Below the pieces are notes generated by a model. That model saw nothing but the letters and a program-made list of their open reading frames with translations, searched no databases and had not been told where the DNA came from. Of a stretch of 64,000 bases of DNA, positions 1-12,929 are shown in pieces (positions within the stretch are counted from its first letter, which is position 1; the number at the start of each line of letters is the position of its first letter). A program made the translations under genes and the position numbers. The DNA is from Laetmonice hystrix (lineage: Eukaryota). The stretch is from NCBI GenBank assembly GCA_965235115.1, contig OZ249436.1, forward strand, positions 24,120,001 through 24,184,000. Reading direction: 5' to 3'.

Positions 1-745
1 CATATGAGCAAACAATGTTAAAACGCTCTTTACATTTCTTCCTGTTAATGTATACGCTGATATTCCAATGTTTCACTCCGAATTCTTTAATGACATTCGA
101 GTTAGTAAATATTAGGTCAATAGCACTGTTTTTGGAGCCATATCTTGTTGGCTCATTAATGAGTTGTTTCAATCCTGTAAGTGATTCAAATTCTTTCAAG
201 TATTTTCTATCCGGAGAACTCAAATTTAAATAATCAATATTAAAGTCACCCAAAATGAAAACTTCTACTTTTTCTTCGGAGTATATCTGATTAACCCTCT
301 CCTTAAGTAATGCAGTAAATTCATTCAAGTTACCACTAGGTGGGCGATATAGGATGCATAAGGCTAATTTTTTTTTATGTGGATTTGAGACTTTAAGCCA
401 AAGAAGTTCTCCACAGTTAGAGCTAATATTATGAACCTCATAATCCTTAAGAGAATAATGGACGTTAGTTTTAATATATACAGCGATTCCGCCACCTTTC
501 TTCGTAGCATTACTGCTATTGCAGGACCAAGACCTGTCTAATCTTATAGGATTATAACCTTCAAAATCAAGAAGCTCATCAGGAAAGTCTTCGGTCAACC
601 AAGTTTCCGATAAAGTAAATACTTCGTAATCAGAATTCTTAATAGGGTGCTTAAAAATATCTATCTTATTTCTTACACTCTGGCAATTCAAATGGGCAAT
701 ATAAAACCCCCTGCCTCTTAGTTTAGCATTGTCAGATAAACACAT
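1..745 (-). pseudogene. 5' part of a non-LTR retrotransposon (CR1/L2-like) ORF2, AP-endonuclease domain; runs off the window edge
   Basis: Manual minus-strand translation gives APE motifs IAHLNCQSVRNK, TLSETWL, GYNPIRLDR, GGGIAVYIK, LYRPPSG, ILGDFNID. No intact ORF in the track. Confidence 0.85.
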
Positions 746-770
746 CGGCTGTGTCAGGGTAAGATATATA

Positions 771-2086
771 AGTCACACAGGAGGTACGACCTATTGCCGA
801 CTTCCGACAACCACTGGTCGGTAGTTGGTTGTCAGAGGTTGTATACAGGTTTCTGGCAGTCTGTAAAAGGTTACCAGTGTTTGGTAAGTGGTTGTTGGAG
901 CATTTTGGTCGGCTGGAGGTTTATGCTGCTGCATCAAAAACCTTCTGCTGACCAAACTGGTCGGGAAAAGGATTTTCTTGTCTTTAATCGTTTGTCCGAT
1001 CCTGGGCGACATTTCTCAGACTGGTCTCAGACTGTCTGCCGGCACTTGCCGAGCAGTTTTTGGTCGGCAAACCCTAGCAACTGACCGGCAATCAGTTGGC
1101 AAAATATACACGAGCAATCGCCGACCATTGGCCAACCAACAACAATACCCGCTGATCTGTCGTCTACCGTTCGTGGACCACTTGACAGGACAGTATAAAT
1201 TGGTGCGCACAGCAGTGGACAATCATTCCCTCTTCACCTTGCATGAAAGACGACCTGTCTGCTCTTTCACATCCAAAATACTAAAACCATGCCCTAGGGA
1301 GTCTCCACGAAGGCGAGGGGCAAGGGTAAGAGAGCTAGACGAGCCCAGACAGACAATAACAGTGATGGCAGCCTGATGCCCATGCCCAAACAAGTGGCAA
1401 GTGAGGACGAGGAAGAGAGGGAAGAGCCCCTGGTGATGGAGACTAAAGGTGGTCCCCATCAAACCACAGAGTCAGAGGAGATCCCAGCCTCTCCAGCAGT
1501 CCCAGGCTCAGAAACCAGCAAGAAAGACGACCTGCCGTTTTTAGTCTGCTCTTTCACATCCAAAATCCATGGCCTCATCCAGAACTGTCGCTGTCTTCTC
1601 TTTCTTCTTCTCTGGTACAACAGAAGAGCCAATGCAGCAGCGTCATTTTCCTCTTCGTGTTGCAGCATCAATCCCAGCATCTGGAGTTGTCTTGGTTGAA
1701 ATGGCAGAACCATGTTGGGATGTTTCGTCTTTAACAGTTTGTAGAATACTAAGCTCCAGGCAGCCCCATATTTATACCCCCTATAGTACTCTTTGAGAGA
1801 CTGCCGAGCGCCGTACGAACATCGGCAGCTAATCTGCAACAAGTTGTTCATTATCGCCGATCAGTTGCCAACAAGTGGTTGCCCATCAGTCTTCAATAAT
1901 TTTCATTGAACGGACAATTTTCGTACGACACTCGGGAACCTGTCGTACTATCGATCGGCAACTACTCGCCCAATTAAATTTATGGCAAGTTTGAGGATTT
2001 TGGTCGGCAGTGGTTGTCGTTGTTCGCAGCTTTTTTTGATTGCCAGAGGTCGGCAGTTGCTCGTATCTCTTGTGTGACTGGGGTCT
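771..2086 (-). mobile_element. Non-autonomous PIF/Harbinger-like DNA transposon (internally deleted)
   Basis: Imperfect inverted ends (agtcacacaggaggtacga at 771; tcgtatctcttgtgtgactggggtc ending ~2086, then TTA). Minus ORF 1459-1851 contains ALALLLYQRRRKRRQRQFWMRPWI, resembling the N-terminus of Harbinger transposases. Confidence 0.6.
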
Positions 2087-3381
2087 TAGGTGTCTTCTGG
2101 TAATCCCACAAGGTGCCACTGCTGGCAAGTCAGCTGAGAGTTTGTTGTAGAGAATAAGGCATACACGGATGTCAAGTGTTAGTCTCTCCCTTTGATAAAA
2201 GAGATTTTTTTTTTTTTTTGACAATCCACAGCCGATACTAGGCCTATTGCTGTGTCAGCAGTAGCACAATCCACCACACGGATAATGCTGCCTGACCAAA
2301 CACCAATACCATTGCTAGAACTCTGCCAGCAACAGCTGGCAGAAACATTAACGGTGTCTTAGAAAACAACTGGAAACGGAATGCTCAACTCAACGAGTTT
2401 GAACAAATCACTTATCCAGACGTCTCATACAGATGACCAACCCAATCGGGTGGGGATCGCACATAGAGACGTACATGAACAAATTGACAAAATAGCGGCA
2501 GAACTCTTGTCCACCAATTTCAGGCCCACTGTAAGCGCAAATCCAACAACGCATTCAGTGACCCCACACCCACCCACTGAACCCATACCTGGCCCGAGCA
2601 ACGGACAGGACATGTCCCCCAGTGGGTGAACCAACGAGACAGATCGGACAGACTGAACGAATTGAACCCACGATCACCGACAACAGCCCGAATCCGACTG
2701 CCACCGAATCGGAAAAAAGGAAAAAATGGTCATACAGTGACGTGATAAGGAGTCATCCGCCAATGACCCTGACTCCACGCACCCCTTTGCCCCAGCGACC
2801 GCCGAGGCAAACCAAAAACAATATGCGAAATATTAAACGCACAACCAACCCAGCCACAAAGAACCCTCTCACCCCGCCAGTTGCTAAAAAGACCCCTGTA
2901 ATTCATAAACCCATCAAAGGGGGCCAATGTCCTGACGTTCCGAAAAGCTCGGGAACGACGGCGGATCCTACCACATAGTACAGTCACGCAAGAAAGGATC
3001 AAATGGCAAAAAGATAATTTCAGACGCCGAACTTATCAGTACCCATGTAGCTGATAATATCAGTGATGCTATCAGGACTCTACCGAAAAGGGTAGTCTCC
3101 CGCCTCAACGGAGCTGAACCCATTGATATACATGTCTCACCGTAGGTCTATATCGATCTGTTCATTTCCAGGGGAATGACGAGGAAGCCCCAGTACGCCT
3201 CCCAGACTCAACGGCGGTCATATGGAAGCAGGCAAAGACGTGCCTGATGGCAGCCATAAGGGCAGATGTAAGAACGGATTGGCTGGCCACACTAAATGAG
3301 TCCGGCACGGCCACCCTCTGGGGAGCAGGCAAGGCCGACCTGCCACAATACGTCGCAGGAGACGAAGAGCTCATGAGCCAG

Positions 3382-3934
3382 GGGGGTGTTTCACTAACGT
3401 TTACTTGTCCGACCGGGTCGGACCATCCGTCGCTTGAAAAGTCGGACATGCAACGGACAGTGTCCAAAAAGTGTTTCACTAATCTCATCCTACCGTGGTC
3501 CGACGGAGTCGGAATGTCCGACTGTCTAATTGGGTCAATCTGGCACAGCGAATTGCTTGCAGCATATCGGTTCACTTGTAAAAAACCAATGTCTGTGAAT
3601 GCTATAATTATCAGATTCATCTAATAAGGGTACGAATACAAACATGAAAACATTCATGCCAGGAGGAGTGCACTTTAAACATTAGTAATGACGACGGAAT
3701 TTCGCAAATTGGCTGCCAAAGTTGACATGTCGAGAATCAAACAGTAGTTGGTCCGCCATGTTTTTTGGTCCGACCGCCGTGTAGCACAACTCCCGAGTAG
3801 TCCTAGAAAGTCGGACAGTCCGACCGGGTCGGACAGTTTAGTGAAACACTTTTTTAAAACACAGACGGTCCGACTGGGTCGGACATGGTCCGTCGTTCGG
3901 TCGGACTGTCCGTCGCCGTTAGTGAAACACCCCC
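3382..3934. mobile_element. MITE, PIF/Harbinger-like, inserted in the Penelope element
   Basis: Perfect TIR gggggtgtttcactaacg / cgttagtgaaacaccccc; 3-bp TSD CAG at 3379-3381 and 3935-3937; internal gtccga/tcggac repeats. Confidence 0.88.
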
Positions 3935-4403
3935 CAGATCGCGGGGGTCCGCCGCGAGTCAGCCAAAGAAGTACAATGGCTCACTAAGGAACACCTCCAA
4001 AAGAAAGCCGAGGAAGAGCGAGAGCAGGGAAATACCCTGCTAACCACGACAGGGCAACTCTCGGCCAATCACCCGGAGGCCTTCGAGAATGCTATCACCA
4101 CCACGTGTGGAATGGTCGGTAGGGCCAAGGCCGCCCTCATAAAGGACCTATCAATCAAAAGGGACAACCTCGTCAACAGCCAGCTTTCATCTACCCTTTG
4201 GGTTGTTTCACGCGCCCAACACCCGCCCAACACCCGCAGACCCAGCGACAGCACAACACTCAGCTCTCACAACGCGAGTGGGAGCTGGTGCGAGCATTCA
4301 GACGGCTGCAGTAGCCAACTCTGGACACTTGCCTAATTACATTACAAACAGAAATAACAGTAACGACTGTGACAGCGAATTAAACTCAAATAAAAATTTG
4401 AAC

Positions 4404-5735
4404 ATGAATGCTGTATTACACTTCCTTATAGAATACAAGGAAGAACGAAAGAATACGGTTGTAAATCCCTCAAAGAGACATCTTACACCCATAGAGGTAT
4501 CTGTTCTAGCCAAAGGCCTGAACTATTGCCCAACCCCGGGAGAACCAGTCTTAGGCGAAAAATACGAAGACTTAGAACGGTTCCACAACAATTTGAGGTG
4601 GAAACACCACTTCTCCTCCCTAACCCCAACCATACCGGGTTCCAGCCTTGAAGAAAAAGAAGAATAAGTAAAGCGCTCAAATATCTTTAGACCAAATACG
4701 GGCCCAAAGGCACCCCCAGGGAGTTCTGTTCTAGAGACGTTCATTATCCTAAATGAAATCAATCTAATCAATAGCACCACCATCTGCCCCAGAGATAAAA
4801 ATCTCACCAAAGCAGAGAGAGATGCTATATCCACCTTAGCCCAAGATAAGGAAATAGTGATCAAACCGGCCGACAAAGGTGGGGCGGTAGTAATCCAAAA
4901 CACTACAGACTACATAGCTGAAGCTAAATCACAACTGAACGATAGAAAATATTACACTCAAACGGACCGAGACCTGACCGAGGAGTACACCTCACAGGTC
5001 AACCAATACCTCATAGGCCTATACCAGAAAAGGGAAATAACCCACAAGGTATTGAAACGCGCAACAACAGAGAAATGGAAAACTCCCCATTCTACATGTT
5101 GCCCAAAATACATAAACCTAAGAGACCCCCACCAGGCCGACCCATAGTATCGGCTAATGGGTGCGCCACTAAGAAAAATTCGGCTCTGGTTGACATAATT
5201 CTGAGACCCATCGTACCGAAAACCCGGTCGGTCTCAAAGACACTGGCCATTTTCTACAGAAACTAGCCAATTACCGCGGTGAAATAACACCGAAGACACT
5301 CCTTGTCTCCTTGGATGTTAGTGCACTGTACACTAACATACCAAATGAAGAGGGGAGAAGAGATGCTAGGTGGCTAATCAAACACCGACCGGCAGCCCAC
5401 ATTCGAGAGGGCGAACCTTCTAACATGACGGTACTAACCCTGCTGAAAATGGTACTGGAACTGAACAACTTTGATTTCAATGGAGAGCACTTTCTCCAGG
5501 TAGGCGGCACCGCGATGGGCACCAGGGTGGCCCCTACCCTTGCCAACCTTTTTATGGCTGACTTTGAAGAACGCTTTGTATACATTTACCACACACAACC
5601 CGATCTCTGGGGTCGTTTCATAGATGACATTTTCCTTATATGGAACTCCGGAGAAGCTGAACTTATGGAATTCATACGACACCTGAACTCGGTACATGAT
5701 TCCATTAAGTTCACGAAATCTCCAAGAACACAATA
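4404..5735 (+). pseudogene. Penelope-like reverse transcriptase, N-terminal part (frameshifts and stops)
   Basis: ORF pieces 4203-4667, 4857-5147, 5075-5266 and 5311-5736 carry RT motifs including GTAMG and FIDD. Confidence 0.9.
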
Positions 5736-8700
5736 GAGTAGAGAGGGGCAAGGCGCCCCCTTTAAGGGTCAAAGCATTACCAGGCCGTCCCGTTTTATCA
5801 GCATGAGTAGTTTTTGTGTGGAAAGAAACATATAAATCTTAGCTACTTATTGCTGATATCCTTTAGCTGTATCCTTTTTACAACATTTAAAAAATGAATT
5901 ATTTCGAATAAAATTGCAAAGGGGCGTCTTGCCCCATACCAGAGGTAAGACGCCCCCCTGGAGGCGTCTTGCCCCACCCGCATACACCGCACCAAATCAT
6001 GTCCCTTACGGCGCAGCGTAATGTCACACTTCCCGCCCCCTTACGCTGCTTTACGCTCAGCATAAGGGACTTCCCTCCGCTCGCCGTAAAGTCAATTGTA
6101 ACGCACTGATGCGCACCCTTACGTCGAGCGTAAGGGGCTTCACGCCGCTCACCGTAAGGTGATATGTAACGCACTGATGCGCACACCTACGCTCGCCGTA
6201 AGGGGCTTCATTCCACTTAGCGTAAAGTCATATATGTAATGCACAGATATGCACTTTTATGTCCAGCTTAAAGGATCTTTTTGTCATATAGCCTACACCA
6301 TTATAACAGCTTACCAACAGTGCATTAGGGTTCTCTTTGGATTTATAACAGCCGTATAATAAAGAAAATATATACTACTGTATGGCAAAGAAGACATGGA
6401 TTTATGTCAGAAGTAGGCCTATACTTATATTAAAGTGTGTCTTTTAGCACATCGTAGTGCCCTACAATGTGCCATGGTGCTTATAGGTATAGACCCACAT
6501 CTATATAGGTCAATTTTAGCCGTGGTCACTCAAGCCTGGCACGCTTTGGTCACCTAGAGGCAGTGAAGGAACCGTCACGCATCACCGGTATGACTGGTCA
6601 GGCCAACATGCCCAGCTTCTACCCTCTCGCGCGTTTGTCCTCCATCCTCTGGTACACAAGCTAGTACGTACACCAGTATACGGTAGTGCTGAGTGTGGAA
6701 GGTTATTACCAGATAGTGGATAGATCACAGCCTCTCAACTTGCAATCAATCTGCAGAACCGTTTTGTCCTGTAGATTATCCCTATATTTCACATCATTAG
6801 TATAATATTATTCAGTTGACCGAGAGGTCAGTTAATTATTTAACCTTATACTGGACAACGAGATCAAAACACTCGTTCAGCAATAAAAGTTTCTTTTTGC
6901 CTTACTATATTATCTACATATATTTTAACCAACGTATGTGGAAGGGCAACATTAAATCTTATGGTACGGCTGTATTATTATCATGGATTGAGACAGATTT
7001 GGTTTGCTTATCTGGGCCTTTACAGTATGTATAGACCTAGTACACAATTCATGTTGTGCATGTGAATGGGGCTTTAATGTGTAGCAAGGAGATATTGAGG
7101 TTTGACGGGCAGGTACTGTGATACTGCGACTTTTTAATCTGTCTCAGTCTGTGGTCTCAGTCCAGTGACTGACGACCCCAACCTGAGTGATGTCGGAGAC
7201 CAATGCCTGAGCGACATATACAAAACAGAGATGCAATATCGACGGTCACCACAATAGTTGGACCATTTCGACTGATGATGGATCTCGTCTCAAAGACAAA
7301 AGCACAAAACGAAGCAACATTAGAGGAGCCGTCAATCCACTTTGGCCCACCAGGTCTTAACTAGGAAAAACAGCCTTTTACATTAATCATAGGAATATAA
7401 TTATTTGGAGCCACCAGGAAATCATGTTGAAAATCTGTCCACACACGACCATTATCACGTCTGCATAGCAGTCTGAACGGAACTGGCCAGCTTCTCCAAT
7501 GTTAGCACTGATCTATCGTTTCTTTGTAGTAATATTTGCACGATAGGCTGTCAGCAATATACATACACTTTTATGGGACAAAAGTTCTGAAGTCACCACT
7601 TCTTCCAATATCTCGGACCCACATGCTACACTCTTGCCTCTCTTGCTGATCATATTACTGCATTTTTTGCCTTCCTCTCTGCCTCCGAACTTTTAGAATT
7701 AGTTCATTGATAGTGTGTTTTGCTAAAACACTTAAAATCATCAATAGGCTATAGTATAGTATGACTTGCGTTCACTTGCACAACCGTGATAATCGAACTC
7801 TGTCAGGGTGACACCAATAGCATTTCGATGATCATTCAATAGTTCTAATCCAAATTGTATTTAATCTTATGCTTTAATATGTCATCATCAGAATGTAGTA
7901 CGTATCATCATTCTCTTCACTGTCCATAATATCATATTTGTATTGTTCAGCCCATTTAGGGGCCAACCCCCTACATTAGGTAAACAGGTAGAGGTTTTGT
8001 TTGTCCAACAATCCCTGCTACATCTGCCCATTACACAGCTCAGTGTACTCAATATTCTCTCAGCATTGGCTAGTATTGCACCTAGCGATGTGTCAGCTGA
8101 CACTGGGCGAGGTAGCCTCATCAGTTGAGGAGTTGGGGCCACCAGTTTAACCCTGTTAGCCTGTAGTGTGCTGCAAACGCGCTCGAGGGTAGAAGCTAAG
8201 ATCTGTTGACCTGATCAGTCAGACCGGTGGTGCGTGACGGCCTCTTGACTGACCAAAACTTGTCCTTGGGCCAGGCTTGAGTGAGCAGGGCTGGAATTGA
8301 CCTATATAGCACCTTGGTAAAGAAAATATACCCCCGCCCACCTGCCTGCTACAGCTATGAGATGAAGTGACCAGCACATTCATAAGCCATATACATATTC
8401 TATGGCACTAAAAGACACACATTAAGTATAATCCTGACATTATAATTCCAGCTCTTGTTTGTCATACAGTAGTAAATATATTCTTTTAATATACTTGGGT
8501 GTTATAAATCCAATTATAATTTTATAATTATAATTATAAATCCAAAGGGAACCATAAGGCACTGTTAGTAGGTTGTTGTAATGGCGCATGACAATAAGGT
8601 CTGCCTAAGGTAGTCCTTTAAGCTGGGAGTGAAGGTGTGCATCAGTGCGTGACATACGACTGTCCAGTGAGTCCCTTACGACAGGCATGGGTGTGCGCAT

Positions 8701-9685
8701 TAGTGCGTTACATGTCACCTTACGGTGAGCGGCGTGAAGCCCCTTACGCTCGACGTAAGGGTGCGCATCAGTGCGTTACAATTGACTTTACGGCGAGCGG
8801 AGGGAAGTCCCTTACGCTGAGCGTAAGGCAGCGTAAGGGGGCGGGAAGTGTGACATTACGCTGCGCCGTAAGGGACATGATTTGGTGCGGTGATATATCC
8901 AAGCCATAAAAGCCTGGCAGATTTCCTCTTTTCCCTTTTTCTATTTCACGAGTTTTCGTTTCTTTTGAATGTGGGTCTTTCAATCTGTTATGTTGAATTT
9001 TAAATAAGATGCATTTGCGGGCTGTGAAAAGCCCCCAAATTTCAAGGGGGGGGACTGGCCCCCTTTTCCTATTAAAAATGGCTATTTTGGGGGTGGGGGC
9101 CTAGATCCAAGATCGATAGGCCCAGGAAAAAGTAGGCCTGTAACCCTAGAGGCCAAATAGGCCTAAGCTAGCTTAATTAGCCCAATTCTAAACGCCCTTT
9201 TGCACCCAAGCATTCTATTTGATTTTTAACCAGTTTTATCCTTTGATATACGAATGACCATTGGGGCATGAGGCCCCCCTAGGGGCGTTTTACCCCCGGG
9301 GTGGGGGGCGTTTTGCCTCACGGGTATATTTTTTACCGAGGCGAGCGTGACATAAAATCTTCGGCGTGGATGGTCGAACTCTTTTCCCCCATTTACAGAT
9401 AGTTACTTCTGTTATGTTATCATGATAGTACTTAGGCTGAATCACACAAAGGTAATGTGACCAGAGGACAAGAGTGTTGCACAAACCTTATACGAAAATA
9501 TGCATAAAATGTAATGTTGACCTACTTTCGTGAAAATATCTCAAATCGTCTTGTGCGGCCTGGCGTCAACACTACGTCCATTAGTGCACAAAATAACCGC
9601 TAGGGAATCCCAACTCAAGGATAGATAACTGAGTTAACACTAGGGGGCGTCTTTCCTCAAGGGGGCGCCTTGCCCCTCTCTACTC
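5736..9685. mobile_element. Non-autonomous TA-targeting (Tc1/mariner/pogo-type) DNA transposon inserted in the Penelope RT
   Basis: Perfect 25-bp TIR gagtagagaggggcaaggcgccccc; TA at 5734-5735 and 9686-9687. Removing it rejoins aca-ata-ccg-ttc-ctg-gac (T-I-P-F-L-D). Confidence 0.92.
5985..8892 (-). mobile_element. CAC-ended fold-back DNA transposon (EnSpm/CACTA-like) nested in the previous element
   Basis: ~200-bp near-perfect TIRs (caccgcaccaaatcatgtcc...), imperfect inverted symmetry to ~6640/8170, ATA on both flanks; decayed minus-strand transposase-like peptide (NGRVWTDFQHDFLVAPNN) near 7400-7460. Confidence 0.8.
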
Positions 9686-9687
9686 TA

Positions 9688-10683
9688 CCGTTCCTGGACA
9701 CGGTGGTAAAAATACACAATGGAGCACTAATTACTGACCTCCATAATAAAGAGACAGATGCACACAACTATTTGCACTACTGTTCCTCACACCCTTCCCA
9801 TTGCAAAAGGGGAATCCCCTATGGGCAGTTCTTGCGGCTCAGACGCATCTGTACCAAGGAAGAAGACTTCATCAGGCATGCCCTCATCATGGGCGCTCAT
9901 TTCCTCAGCAAAGGATACCCTAGGGACCTACTTGCCCCAGGACTCATTCGAGCCCTACACTCTCCACGCCCAGATCCCACAAAAACAATGGCAGACAAAG
10001 AAGTGCCAACATCAGGCCCTGCCATACTTGTCACAACATTTCATCCCACCTTCAGTTCATTGAATAGGGTGGTAAGGAGAAATTTGGAAATATTGGCCCG
10101 ATCCGCCAGAACACAAACACTACAAGCAAGACTTCATTGTAGGTATGCGAAAACCGCCCTGCCTACGGGACCAATTGGTCCGGGCAAAGCTCTCATACCG
10201 TGTGGGCCCACCCCATACGGACCCGGCGGCAGCAGTGGCCACCCGGCAAGAACATGCAGTAACCCACACTGCAGATATTGTCCAAAGATAAATAAGAGTG
10301 GAGAAACCACATCTTCCTCTACTGGAAGACAGTATGTCACGAACGTGAACTACCACAGCTCCAACTTGATCTACTGTTTGAAATGCACAAGGCGTTCCAA
10401 ACAATATGTGGGTCAAAACAAAAGGAGAGTGATGGACAGGTTCCAAAATCACTTCTACCGAATCCAGCACCAGAAAACTACTTCTGACATGGGATTACAT
10501 TTCAACAGCGGCGGGCATCAGGGCCTAGCCGATGTAGAAATCACGATCCTGGACTTCATACACTGCGGTCCGAATTCCACCTGTGCACAACAATTGCGTA
10601 ATATCATAGAGCGGAACTGGATGTTCAAACTCAGAACACAGGTTCCATTTGGCATGAACCTAATTGATGCATCCATCTATTAA
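9688..10683 (+). pseudogene. Penelope-like RT thumb plus GIY-YIG endonuclease (C-terminal continuation)
   Basis: PFLD, YLHYCSSHPSHCKRGIPYGQFLRLRRIC, Cys linker CSNPHCRYC, NLIYCLKC..QYVGQ, ERNWMFKLRT..PFGMN. Confidence 0.92.
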
Positions 10684-11499
10684 GTTCAATCACCACAGCC
10701 AATACCAACCAGGGGCGGTCCTCTTGCCTCGTTTAAAAATTTTATTATTACCAGACCCCCCTATATGGACTGGAGGACGGTGCAACCTCTACACCCTCCA
10801 GGGCTGTCGCATAAGTGGGCAGATTTTACCAAAAAATATTCCCCCACTCCGTTGCGGCTCTCGCCCAAGTCAAAGAGTGATATCGTCACATACCTTGCCA
10901 CTGCCCTAATTAAGATGCCTGAAGAGTTCAATATGAATGAAACTTTGATAATCACCGGGCAACCCAAATAAGGGGATTGCCTTTTACCGGAATATTTGTT
11001 TGGGGATTGCCTCCATAGTATAACCAATCGGGTTGAACTTGGAGGGGGAGAAATAAACAATGTTTGATCTCTAAGGTGACATAACATTTAACATCATCGG
11101 TATTCCAATTTACGATGATGGCCGCAAGAACCCCATAGCAACGACGGTTGGGCCTGATTGTAATTCAATCACTTTCAAGATAGCATCGGCAGGAGTAGGT
11201 TGATTTCGCCTTGTCCTAATAGATCTTTGTTAAAAGAGACGTCAGATCCTCGACCTCGTGGACTAACGGCAGTGTAGCTACAATCGACCGTCGACACCCC
11301 AATGACTGGGTGTGGGATTCACCAGATAGAATTTGTGGAAAAACACAGAGTTGCATCCGAAAATGAAATAAAGTTCTTCATCCCCAATGCGTGGAAGATA
11401 CACAGTTGAAGCTTTCGGAGCAATAGCACGACGTTGGTAAGCTGTGCCGTGGCGTTCTCACCTCAAACATTAGCCTGATGGTTAGGCCCTTTGTCATAT

Positions 11500-12675
11500 T
11501 GTAAAATATCTATCTAAATTTTTAGTATCCACTGGAAAATACCTACAGGGTAAATTCTCTGCTGACATTTATTATTATGACATTTTATTAGTAGAACTTA
11601 TTCATCACGACTATATCTATTATTCTTAGGAAAATATACTCGTACCTATATATCTGAACTATACTAACCTTCTAAAAGTAACCTTCTAAAAAGTAACTGT
11701 ACCCACGTACAGGGCAGGCCAGTTGTCCAATGTATTCCAAACAAAGGTGAGACCGACCAGCGCCCTAGGTAGCTCACCCAAATTGAGAGATAAACTTTTG
11801 ACCATTTAATTCCCCATACACCATACGGTCGGGAGGTCACTGGCCTGCTCCACTCGTGATCATGTTCCACTCGTGATAGTGTCCACCACAGGGTCAAGGC
11901 CGTCTGTTGTACTCTGGGCACCACCAGGTTGGCAGATAGTGTGTATCCATGGGCCGGGCTGACCAATGGCTATTCATGGACCACGCACCCTCCCAATCAA
12001 ACATGGCGTGCTGCTAGGGGGCAGCAGTGGTCAGCGACTGTCTAAATAGAAAATGTATTAGGTTCCCAAGAGGTATGCCACCAGGTGGCACTGGCATAAA
12101 AGGGACAAGTTGTAAGAATCTAGAATTTGACCATCACGAGTGAGGGAGTGTAATAATCAGTAGTGAATCATGAGTGTACCCCCGACCCTCTCCCCGACCC
12201 TCTCCCTGATATCCCTGCTGGTATATATATGGGCCTGAAATAAAGCAAAGGCAGTTTTGGTTCGTACTGGCTGTACTACTACACACACTACTGGATCGTT
12301 TGGCTCTTCTCTACCCCACGGCACGCAGCCCCGACACCACCTTGGGCCATTCCGGTACTAGTATGGTTGGCAAGTAGCACTTTACTCGGGAATCTGGGCT
12401 TGGCGTTGGGCTGGTGATGTTTGCAAGATGGCATAATTACTAACCACTTGGGTGGAGACGTGGCCCTAATGCTCGGTCAGCTATGAGAATGCCCCCTGGT
12501 GTCGAGACGCAACACTGACGTGCTGATACTGACGGTGCTGCCCCCTAGTGAGCAAAGGTAGAACTGATGCACGGGACAGCTCTAACGTACGGGAGTAACG
12601 ACCCTCTTCGTTACTGGTGACCGCGATATATTGATACACCATTAATGAATCAGGATTAAGGTCATGATTTTTACA
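11500..12675 (+). repeat. 5' LTR (1176 bp)
   Basis: Begins tgtaaaa and ends ttttaca just before the PBS; TATA-like tatatatat at 12222-12230 and aataaa at 12239-12244. Confidence 0.9.
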
Positions 12676-12676
12676 G

Positions 12677-12694
12677 TGGTGACCACGATGGGAC
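12677..12694 (+). promoter_or_regulatory. Primer-binding site, probably tRNA-Arg
   Basis: tggtgaccacgatgggac one base after the LTR's CA end; resembles the complement of a metazoan tRNA-Arg 3' end (recalled, not searched). Confidence 0.75.
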
Positions 12695-12929
12695 TAATTA
12701 CAAGTAATTACAATTTAATTGCTTGAACGAAGGCGCTACCGCAAGGAGGCCGCCCACAGTCGGATTACTGACTTACAGATGACGCATGGAGCAACCAGGT
12801 AGGATGTGCCACATCTATTGACGCCACGCCTGAGCACCCGTGTTGACCTCAAGTCACCGCACCCTAGTTTTGGCACTCCACATAGGTAGGAACGGCGTCA
12901 CGCTTCAGTGCTTCTCTCGTTAACACAAC

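Larger units (their letters stand above)
2230..11490 (+). mobile_element. Penelope-like retroelement, degenerate and interrupted by DNA-transposon insertions; outer boundaries approximate
   Basis: Collinear PLE motifs across frameshifted ORFs: VLAKGLNYCP, IKPADKGGAVV, FYMLPKIHK..PPGRPIVS, DVSALYTNIP, QVGGTAMGT, RFIDDIF, then PFLD and a GIY-YIG domain. Confidence 0.9.

Noticed and set aside
11664..11966. 100-aa antisense ORF present in both LTRs (also 19140-19442)
   Set aside because: Duplication follows from LTR identity; non-ATG start and no recognisable motif.
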